Shown here: one piece after another, positions 56,930 through 64,000 of the stretch | Numbering within the stretch: the stretch's first letter is position 1 | Layout of the letters: every line of letters starts with the position of its first letter | NCBI GenBank assembly: GCA_951813575.1 | Contig: OX638375.1 | Location: 3,882,752 to 3,946,751, forward strand | Direction: 5' to 3' | DNA from: Candidatus Binatia bacterium | Lineage (GTDB): Bacteria; Desulfobacterota; Binatia; UBA9968; JAJDTQ01 | Length of the DNA: 64,000 nt | Translations under genes and position numbers: made by a program | The notes under the pieces: model-generated | Told to the model about the DNA's origin: nothing | What the model saw: the letters and a program-made list of their open reading frames with translations, nothing else | Database searches by the model: none

Positions 56930-56977
56930 CGCCCGGGCGGACATCCCTCACCAAGGCGCACCACGGACCCTTTACGC

Positions 56978-58069
56978 ATGCCCGCCGACACGTCACAGGT
57001 GAAGCTCGTCTCCGAAGTCATCGAGGTGGAAGACTCGCTGGAGGCGGTCAACGACTGGTTCTGCGAGCGCCAGCTAAGCGACGGCTTGCCCATCGTTCCG
57101 CCCACCCGCGAGCGGGTGGAGCGGGTGCTCACGGGCACCCACCGCGATCCCCAGGAGATCATCGGGCAGGTGCCGCCCAAGTGGGCACCGGCCACCGTGG
57201 AGAAGATCGCCGTCAGCAGCGTGATGGCCGGGTGCCTGCCGGAATACCTGCCGGTGGTCATCGCCGCGGTGGAGGGGATCATGGAGCCCCGTTTCAACCT
57301 CTACGGGGTCCAGGCCACCACCGGGTACGCGGGTCCGGCGCTGCTGGTGAATGGTCCCGTCCGGAACGAGCTGGGAATCAACTGCGACGCCGGCGTGTTC
57401 GGCCCGGGCCATCGCGCCAACGCCACCATCGGCCGCGCCATCCGCCTGATCCTCATCACCGTGGGCGGCGGCTACCCCGGCGACACCGACCGCGCCACCT
57501 TCGGCTGGCCGGGCAAGTACAGCTTCTGCTTCGGCGAGAACGAGGAGAAGAGCCCCTGGGAGCCCTACCACGTGAGCCGGGGCTACAAGCCCGAGCAGAG
57601 CACCGTGACCGTGTGCGGCATCAACGGCTTCATCCCCATGCACACCGCCGGGAGCACCGGCCAGGAGGCGCTGTCGTCGCTGGCCGAGGTCATCGCCATG
57701 CATCACGGCGGCAGCCACCTGGACGTGGGCAGCTTCGGCGGCGGCACGCCGCTGGTGGCCCTGTGCACCGAGGACGCCGAGATCATGGCGCGGGACGGCA
57801 TCACCCGGGCTGACATCCGCGAGTACCTCTGGGAGCATTCCACCATCACCTTCGCCAGCATCCCGGACCGGCGCAAGGGCACCAAGAACGACGAGGAGCT
57901 GCTGCGGGAGTCGCCCAACGTCACCCCCGACGGCATCGTGCACCTGGCCACCCAGCCCGACGACATCATGGTGATCGTGACCGGCGGCAAGCACCGGCAC
58001 TGCGTGCTGCTGCCCATGTGGACCGGCCGGAACACGCTGGCCGTCACCAAGCCCATACGGACGGCATGA
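56978..58069 (+). CDS. Conserved hypothetical protein (363 aa) immediately downstream of the selenoprotein
   Basis: Long ORF with high-GC codon usage. No family recognised. The start is uncertain (no clear RBS). Confidence 0.5.
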   Translation: MPADTSQVKLVSEVIEVEDSLEAVNDWFCERQLSDGLPIVPPTRERVERVLTGTHRDPQEIIGQVPPKWAPATVEKIAVSSVMAGCLPEYLPVVIAAVEGIMEPRFNLYGVQATTGYAGPALLVNGPVRNELGINCDAGVFGPGHRANATIGRAIRLILITVGGGYPGDTDRATFGWPGKYSFCFGENEEKSPWEPYHVSRGYKPEQSTVTVCGINGFIPMHTAGSTGQEALSSLAEVIAMHHGGSHLDVGSFGGGTPLVALCTEDAEIMARDGITRADIREYLWEHSTITFASIPDRRKGTKNDEELLRESPNVTPDGIVHLATQPDDIMVIVTGGKHRHCVLLPMWTGRNTLAVTKPIRTA

Positions 58070-58135
58070 CGATCCCGCCCCTCGTTATCCTCACTACGAT
58101 TTCACCAAGGTCGCGTTAGCGAACAAGGAGTGTCC

Positions 58136-59350
58136 ATGGATTTCAATCTGCAAGAAGACTCCCCGGAGATGACCGAGTTCCGCAAGGAGGTCCGGGCCTG
58201 GATGGAAGAGAACATGAAGGGCTCGGAGCACCTGCGCTGGTCGGCGTCGTGGTCCACCCGGGAGAACGAGGAGGAGTACAGTTTTCGCCGCGGCCTCGGC
58301 GAGAAGCTGGGCAAGAAGGGCTGGCTGTTTCCCATGTTCCCCGAGGAGTACGGCGGCGCCGGCCTGTCCGTGAACCATCAGTTCGTGTTGGAGACGGAGT
58401 TGAGCCGCTACGGTCTCAACCTGACCCATGTGTTCTACACGCTGGCCCGGATCGTGGCGCCGGTGCTGATCCACTGGGGCACCGAGGAGCAGAAGCTTGA
58501 GTTCCTGCCGCCCATCGCACGGGGAGAGATCGTGGTGTGGCAGGTGTTGACCGAGCCCCAGAGCGGCAGCGATGTGGCCAACTGCCAAACCAAGGCCATC
58601 CGCGACGGTGACGACTACATCGTCAACGGACAGAAAGTCATGGTGGGCCACCATCTGCCGCCGGACGCGCTATGGGCGCTGGTGTGCACCGACCCCGATG
58701 GCAAGCGGCACGAGAACCTGAGCTGGCTGCACATTCCCGCGAACCTGCCGGGCATCACCATCCAGCACATGCACCTGATGATGGGCATCAAGAACGCGGT
58801 GTTCTTCGACAACGTGCGCGTCCCCGCCAAGTATCTCATCGGCGGTGAGAACAACGGTTGGAAGGTGGCCAACACGCACCTGGAGCTGGAGCACGGCGGC
58901 GACGGCCGGGTGGGCACCGATCCGGTGGTGGACCGGGTGGTGGAGTATTGCCGGAACCACGAGGTGGGCGGCAAGCCGCTCATTGACGATCCGCACGTGC
59001 GCGACATCATCGGCGACATGATCCTGGAGATCAACACGGTCAACCGCATGAACCGGCGCATCTTCTGGCACCGTTTCGTCAAGGAGCCGCACGCCTACGG
59101 CGGCGCGCAGTTCCGCTACTACCAGCGCATGGTCCGGCTCAGGAACGGCGAGCGGCTGCAGAAGATCATGGGCGCGGACGCGCTGATCCCGGACCACGGA
59201 GTGCACGAGGTGCTGGACTTCGAGTACGTCATCCGTAGCGGCCCGGGCCAGCTTCACGGCGGCGGCACCCTCGACACCGACCGGCTCATCTTCGCGCGCC
59301 GCGCCGGCATCGGCCGCCAGACCAAGGAGAAGGCGCCGGATACGGTGTAG
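58136..59350 (+). CDS. Acyl-CoA dehydrogenase family protein
   Basis: AAGGAG RBS. ACAD N-terminal, middle and C-terminal domain pattern. ~404 aa. Confidence 0.8.
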   Translation: MDFNLQEDSPEMTEFRKEVRAWMEENMKGSEHLRWSASWSTRENEEEYSFRRGLGEKLGKKGWLFPMFPEEYGGAGLSVNHQFVLETELSRYGLNLTHVFYTLARIVAPVLIHWGTEEQKLEFLPPIARGEIVVWQVLTEPQSGSDVANCQTKAIRDGDDYIVNGQKVMVGHHLPPDALWALVCTDPDGKRHENLSWLHIPANLPGITIQHMHLMMGIKNAVFFDNVRVPAKYLIGGENNGWKVANTHLELEHGGDGRVGTDPVVDRVVEYCRNHEVGGKPLIDDPHVRDIIGDMILEINTVNRMNRRIFWHRFVKEPHAYGGAQFRYYQRMVRLRNGERLQKIMGADALIPDHGVHEVLDFEYVIRSGPGQLHGGGTLDTDRLIFARRAGIGRQTKEKAPDTV

Positions 59351-59358
59351 AGGTAATC

Positions 59359-60480
59359 ATGGATTTACGACTCACTGAAGACCAGGAAATGTTCAAGAAG
59401 GTGGCCGCGGACTTCGTCCAGGCGGAGGCGCCGACCACCATGCTGACCCAGCAGTTCCTCAAGAAGGAGACCTTCCTGCCGGATCTGTACGCCAAGATCG
59501 CCGGGTTGGGCTGGCTCGGCATGCTCATGCCCGAGCAGTACGGCGGCGCGGGGCTGTCCTACCTGGACTGCGGCGTGGTGTTCGAGGAGCTCGGGCGGGC
59601 GCCGGTGCCCGGGCCGGTCTTCTCGTCCGGTGTGCTGGCGGCCCAGATGGTCCACGACGGCGGCTCGGACGCCCAGAAGCAGGAACTGCTGCCGGCCATC
59701 TGCGGCGGCGAGGCCATCGTGATCCCGGCCATCGGCGACCACGGCGCCCACTGGGGGCCGGAGACGGTGGCCACCACGTGCTCGCAGTCCGGCGACACGC
59801 TGACTCTCCAGGGTACCAAGCGCCATGTCTACGACGCCGAGGGCGCCACGGCCTTCCTGTGCGCGGTCCGCGGCGGCGACGGCGGGGTGTCGGTGGTGCT
59901 GGTGGACCGGAACGCGCCGGGGGTGACGGTGACGCCGCACAACGGTTTCATGGTGTCGGTGAGCGAGGTCTCCTTCGACGGCGTCGAGGTGCCGGCCGGA
60001 AACCTCATCGGCGCCGCGGGCGCGGGCTGGGCGCTGTTCGACCAGGCCGCGGAGCGGGCCATCCCCATCCTGTGCGCCTACAAGGTGGGGGCGTGCCAGG
60101 AGATCTATGAGTTCACGGTGCGGTACACCAACGAGCGCCGCGCCTTCGGCCAGCTCATCGGCCGTTTCCAGCGGGTCCAGGACCACTGCGTGGAGCTTTC
60201 GATCCACATGGACCGGGCGCGGATGGCCACCTACGAGACCCTGTGGGAGCTCGACGAGGGAATGCCCGCCGAAGCCGGCATCCACGAGTCCAAGGCCGCG
60301 GCCAGCGAGGGCTACCACCAGGCGTGCAGCTACTCGCACATGGTGCACGCCGGCCCCGGCACGGATTATCTGCACCCGCTGATGGTGCACAGCGTGCTGG
60401 CGCACACGCTGTACCAGTACCTGGGCACGCCGGACTATCACAAGCGCCGCATGGTCGACGCCCTCTATCCAGGCGCGTAA
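59359..60480 (+). CDS. Acyl-CoA dehydrogenase family protein (second subunit or paralog)
   Basis: 373 aa. ACAD-like (…LGWLGMLMPEQYGGAG…). 8-nt spacing from the upstream gene. Confidence 0.8.
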   Translation: MDLRLTEDQEMFKKVAADFVQAEAPTTMLTQQFLKKETFLPDLYAKIAGLGWLGMLMPEQYGGAGLSYLDCGVVFEELGRAPVPGPVFSSGVLAAQMVHDGGSDAQKQELLPAICGGEAIVIPAIGDHGAHWGPETVATTCSQSGDTLTLQGTKRHVYDAEGATAFLCAVRGGDGGVSVVLVDRNAPGVTVTPHNGFMVSVSEVSFDGVEVPAGNLIGAAGAGWALFDQAAERAIPILCAYKVGACQEIYEFTVRYTNERRAFGQLIGRFQRVQDHCVELSIHMDRARMATYETLWELDEGMPAEAGIHESKAAASEGYHQACSYSHMVHAGPGTDYLHPLMVHSVLAHTLYQYLGTPDYHKRRMVDALYPGA

Positions 60481-60497
60481 GGGGTTTTGAGTCTTGG

Positions 60498-60517
60498 GGG
60501 CGGGTTTTGACCCGCCC
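60498..60517 (+). terminator. Hairpin GGGCGGG-TTTTGA-CCCGCCC downstream of the ACAD genes (weak terminator candidate; no U-tract)
   Basis: Perfect 7-bp GC stem directly after the stop codon. Confidence 0.25.
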
Positions 60518-60603
60518 GGGTTGAGGAACGGGAAGAAGCAGGTGAATATCGGGTTCATCGGTAACGGGTCGTTCCGTGAGACGCACGGAGAAAGGAATCC
60601 GCC

Positions 60604-61653
60604 ATGAGAAAGATACGCTTTGCCATCGCCGTCTTGTTCGTCCTCCTGCTTGCCGGCCAGGCGGCCGCGCAGGACGTAAACTTCAAGGGCAAGACCGTCA
60701 ACCTCATCGTCGGCACCGGCGCCGGCGGCGGTTATGACATCATCGCCCGCCTGTTCGCCAAGGTGGCCCCCAAGCACTTGCCGGGCAGTCCCCGGTTCAT
60801 CGTACGCAACGTTCCCGGCGGCGCCGGCCTCAAGGGAACTCAGTACATTAACCGCAGGAAGCCGGACGGTCTCACCGTCGGTCCTCACTTCACCAGCCTG
60901 GTGATGAAGGAGCTGGCGGGCGTGGACGTGCCGGGCTTCAACGTCAAGGACCTCATCATCCTCGGAGCGCCCACGCTGGTGGACGACAGCTACACCATCT
61001 GCGCCGACCGGAAGGTCGTCAAGTCCTGGGAAGACATGCTCAAGATGGGCCGGCCCCTGCGCATGGCGTCGCAAAGGCCCGGCATCGGCCGGGTCCCCAT
61101 GGGCGGCGAGTTCGTGCAGCTCGTGGGCGGTCCCATGAAACTCATCTACGGCTACAAGTCCACCGCCGAGGAGTTGGCGGCCTTTGCCCGCGGCGAGACC
61201 GAGGTGGTGACCTGCCTCGAGCGCCGCTTGCCGCGCATGTATCCGGAGCTGGTGGAGAAGAAGCGGCTGCTGCCGATATTCTGGTGGAACGCTCCGCCGA
61301 GCGAGGGGTGGATGAAGCGGCTGGAAGCCAAGGTGCCGCGCAACATCCTCAAGCTGCCCGGTCTCAAGATCAGCGAGTCCCAGAAGTTGGCGTTCAACAC
61401 GGCCGTGAACATTCACCAGTCCCTGAGGGCCTTCATGCTTCCGCCGAAGACGCCCCAGCCCATCGTCGACACCTGGCGCAAGGCGTTCAAGGCCACCATC
61501 GAGGACCCGGAGTTCGTGAAGATCGCCACCGTCGCCGGCTACGACGTGGGCTACGGCTCTCCGGAGCATTACGAGAAACAGCTCGCCACCATCAAGGATC
61601 TGCCTCCTGACGGCGCGCTGTTCTTCCAGAAGCTGATGGGCGAGAAGCGCTAG
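60604..61653 (+). CDS. TctC/Bug-family periplasmic substrate-binding protein
   Basis: 349 aa. Signal peptide. Bug motifs (GTGAGGGYDIIARL, RNVPGGAG). Confidence 0.8.
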   Translation: MRKIRFAIAVLFVLLLAGQAAAQDVNFKGKTVNLIVGTGAGGGYDIIARLFAKVAPKHLPGSPRFIVRNVPGGAGLKGTQYINRRKPDGLTVGPHFTSLVMKELAGVDVPGFNVKDLIILGAPTLVDDSYTICADRKVVKSWEDMLKMGRPLRMASQRPGIGRVPMGGEFVQLVGGPMKLIYGYKSTAEELAAFARGETEVVTCLERRLPRMYPELVEKKRLLPIFWWNAPPSEGWMKRLEAKVPRNILKLPGLKISESQKLAFNTAVNIHQSLRAFMLPPKTPQPIVDTWRKAFKATIEDPEFVKIATVAGYDVGYGSPEHYEKQLATIKDLPPDGALFFQKLMGEKR

Positions 61654-61684
61654 GAGCCGGTGCGGTCATGGGATCGTGGCGGCG

Positions 61685-61762
61685 GTAGGGCGACCAGCGG
61701 GTCAGCCCTACACGGATCCAACGCGGCGTAGGCATGTAGGGGCGACCGGCGGTCGCCCCTAC
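61685..61762. repeat. Pair of REP-like GC-rich palindromic hairpins (family 3)
   Basis: GTAGGGCGACCAGCGGGTCAGCCCTAC (61685-61711) and the perfect palindrome GTAGGGGCGACCGGCGGTCGCCCCTAC (61736-61762). Confidence 0.5.
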
Positions 61763-61838
61763 CTGGGTCACCGCAGCGTAGCTTGCCAATGTTGCGGGCG
61801 CGGGTTCCGGGACGTGGGTCTCTCGCCGGGAGTCTTCA

Positions 61839-63995
61839 ATGCTCGAAGCTTCCGTTGACGCTTTCTTTCATCTGTTCTCGCCGGGGCCGCTCCTCGCGAT
61901 GCTCCTGGTGCTGCCGGTTGCGCTGTTCTCCGGGCTCATGCCCGGAGGCGGCCTGCCGGTGTCCGTGGTGGTCCTGAGCCTGGCGGTCCACCTCGACCCC
62001 TGGGTCGCCATCACCATCGTGGTGTTCCACATGGCGGCCAGCGACATCACCGAGCCCATCCCTGCCATCCTCTTCGGTGTGCCCGGCGCCCGTTCCGCCC
62101 AGGCCACCGTGCTCGACGGCTACCCCATGGCCCAGCAGGGCCTGGCCGGGGTCGCCCTGGGCGCGAGCTACACCACCACCATCGTGGGCGGAGTCATCGG
62201 CGCCATCGCACTGCTGCTGGCGCTGCCGGTTAGCCGGCAACTCCTGGAGTGGTTCGGCTCGGCCGAGTTCTTCCTGCTGACCCTCATGGGGGTGATGGCG
62301 GTGGCCGTGGTCAGCGCCGGGGCCTTCGTCAAGGGCATCCTCACCGCGGCCTTCGGCATCGCCATCGCCATGGTGGGCTACGCCGACCTGGGCGGCAACG
62401 TGCGCGCCGCCATGGGGTTCGACTTCTACCTGTGGGACGGCTTCGGGCTGGTGCCGGTGGTGGTGGGCCTGTTCGCGCTGCCCGAGGCCATCGCCCTGGT
62501 GGTGGGGGACACCACCATCGCCCGGGCGCGGCTGGACACGCTCTTGCGGGAGGCCAAGGCGGACGTGTGGCGCGGCATGTGGGAGGCCTGGAACCACAAG
62601 TGGCTGATGGCGCGGTCGTCGCTCATCGGCGTGTTCGTGGGCATCATGCCCGGGGTCGGCGGCAGCGCGGCCCACTGGATCGCCTACGCCCAGGCGCGCC
62701 AGACCGAGCCCGGCGGCACCGAGACCTTCGGCAAGGGCGACGTCCGCGGCGTCATCGCCTCCGACGCCGCCAACAACTCGGTGGACGGCGGCGTGCTCAT
62801 CCCCACCGTGGTGTTCGGCATTCCCGGCAGCGGCGGCATGGCCATTGTCCTTGCCATCCTCATTCTCACCGGGATCACCCCGGGCCCGCTCATGCTCACG
62901 CAGCACCTCGACCTCACCGTGAGCATGGTCTACACCATCGCCTTCGCCAACCTGGTCGTCGTGCCCATCATGTTGGCCTTCGCCCCGACCCTCTGCCGCA
63001 TCGCGGTGATTCCGCCCAACATCCTGGCGCCGGTGGTGGTGGGCATCGTCTCCCTGGCGGCGTTGGCGGCCAGCGGCTCTCTGGGCGACCTGGGGGCGGT
63101 GCTGGCCTTCGGCCTGCTGGGCGTCTTCATGAAGCGCTACGGCTGGCCCAGGCCGCCCATCCTCATCGCCGTGGCGCTGGCGGACATCCTGGAGCGGTTC
63201 CTGTGGATCTCGGTGAGCAACTACGGCTGGGGAATGCTCCTGCGGCCCCAGTTCCTGGTCATCCTCGCATTCATGATCGCGGTGACCCTGTTCAGCCTGC
63301 GGGCCCAGCGCGGCGCCCGGCAGGCCATGATGTCCATGACCGAGGGGGAGGAGTCCGGGCAGGTGACGGCGGCAGGGGACACGCCGGCAGCTGTTGACGC
63401 GGCGGGATCTCGGGAGGGTCTGGATGATGCAGCAGTCCGGGACATCGCGGCGGAATCACCGGCAGCCGGCGACAAGGACGGAGATAGTTCGCTCAAGCGC
63501 CGCTTCACCCTCGAGGTCGCCGGAGAGGCCGTGCTCCTGCTCGCGGTGGGCGCGTTCTTCCTCTACATGTTCATCGATTCGTTCAGTTATCCGGAAGGCG
63601 CCGACCTGATGCCGAGGCTCGCGGTGCTGGTGGGGACGCCGTTCTGGCTCATCCGCGCGTGGACCCTGTTGAGCGGCACTCCGGAAAAGCGCATCGAGGA
63701 AGGCGACATCATGGACACGGGCTTCATCCTCGGGGACGATCCCAAGACCGAGAGCCAGCGGTTCGTGCGCATCTTCGGCTTCACCGCGCTCATGTACGTG
63801 GCCATCTGGCTCATCGGCGTGCACGTGGCCCTGCCGGGAATGCTCTTCCTCTACTTGATGTACTACGGCAAGGCCGGCTGGCTGGTTTCCGCGGGCATCG
63901 CCCTGGCATTCCTGGCGCTGATCGTCGGCTTCTACGACATCGCCCTGCACATCGTCTGGCCCGAGGCGCCCTTCGGCCTCTGGCCGACGGGGTAG
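61839..63995 (+). CDS. TctA large permease fused to a C-terminal TctB-like domain
   Basis: 718 aa. N-terminal ~500 aa are TctA-like (GVPGARSAQATVLDGYPMAQQG…). After a ~70-aa acidic/Ala-rich linker, a ~150-aa 4-TM domain with TctB-like features. Confidence 0.75.
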   Translation: MLEASVDAFFHLFSPGPLLAMLLVLPVALFSGLMPGGGLPVSVVVLSLAVHLDPWVAITIVVFHMAASDITEPIPAILFGVPGARSAQATVLDGYPMAQQGLAGVALGASYTTTIVGGVIGAIALLLALPVSRQLLEWFGSAEFFLLTLMGVMAVAVVSAGAFVKGILTAAFGIAIAMVGYADLGGNVRAAMGFDFYLWDGFGLVPVVVGLFALPEAIALVVGDTTIARARLDTLLREAKADVWRGMWEAWNHKWLMARSSLIGVFVGIMPGVGGSAAHWIAYAQARQTEPGGTETFGKGDVRGVIASDAANNSVDGGVLIPTVVFGIPGSGGMAIVLAILILTGITPGPLMLTQHLDLTVSMVYTIAFANLVVVPIMLAFAPTLCRIAVIPPNILAPVVVGIVSLAALAASGSLGDLGAVLAFGLLGVFMKRYGWPRPPILIAVALADILERFLWISVSNYGWGMLLRPQFLVILAFMIAVTLFSLRAQRGARQAMMSMTEGEESGQVTAAGDTPAAVDAAGSREGLDDAAVRDIAAESPAAGDKDGDSSLKRRFTLEVAGEAVLLLAVGAFFLYMFIDSFSYPEGADLMPRLAVLVGTPFWLIRAWTLLSGTPEKRIEEGDIMDTGFILGDDPKTESQRFVRIFGFTALMYVAIWLIGVHVALPGMLFLYLMYYGKAGWLVSAGIALAFLALIVGFYDIALHIVWPEAPFGLWPTG

Positions 63996-64000
63996 GGCGG

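Overview
High-GC (~67-70%) bacterial chromosomal segment, gene-dense, with about 60 supportable protein-coding genes and no rRNA, tRNA or CRISPR that I can detect. Content is dominated by catabolic and transport functions: three gentisate-1,2-dioxygenase-like bicupins, each next to heme-oxygenase-like (TenA/PqqC/CADD-type) diiron proteins and a TctC binding protein; a UbiD decarboxylase; two tripartite tricarboxylate (Tct) transporter sets plus orphan TctC proteins; an acetone-carboxylase/hydantoinase-like A/B pair whose putative zinc-ribbon gamma subunit is fused to an isochorismatase-family hydrolase, flanked by ABC transporter parts; two TauD/TfdA dioxygenases; two ACMSD-type amidohydrolases, an amidase and a 2OG-Fe(II) oxygenase; and a CoA-dependent beta-oxidation-like block (ADP-forming acyl-CoA synthetase, crotonase, SCP-x-type thiolase with DUF35, two ACADs). 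Housekeeping or accessory genes include a GlnRS carrying a C-terminal YqeY/GatB-like domain, a bacterioferritin/cytochrome c/cytochrome c' trio, a cation:proton antiporter with CBS domains, a Phd/YefM-PIN toxin-antitoxin pair and a Fic protein in a low-GC islet. Features a routine pipeline would likely miss: (i) a probable UGSC-family selenoprotein read through an in-frame TGA, with a SECIS-like hairpin 11 nt downstream; (ii) a family of composite palindromic repeat elements (tandem array / inverted repeat / loop / inverted repeat / tandem array) in two related sequence variants at four loci, one directly abutting an IS110-family transposase; (iii) a ~160-bp near-perfect palindrome in a promoter region; (iv) a DUF4143 ATPase pseudogene remnant. 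All calls rest on reading the sequence and on recall of protein families; no database searches were run.
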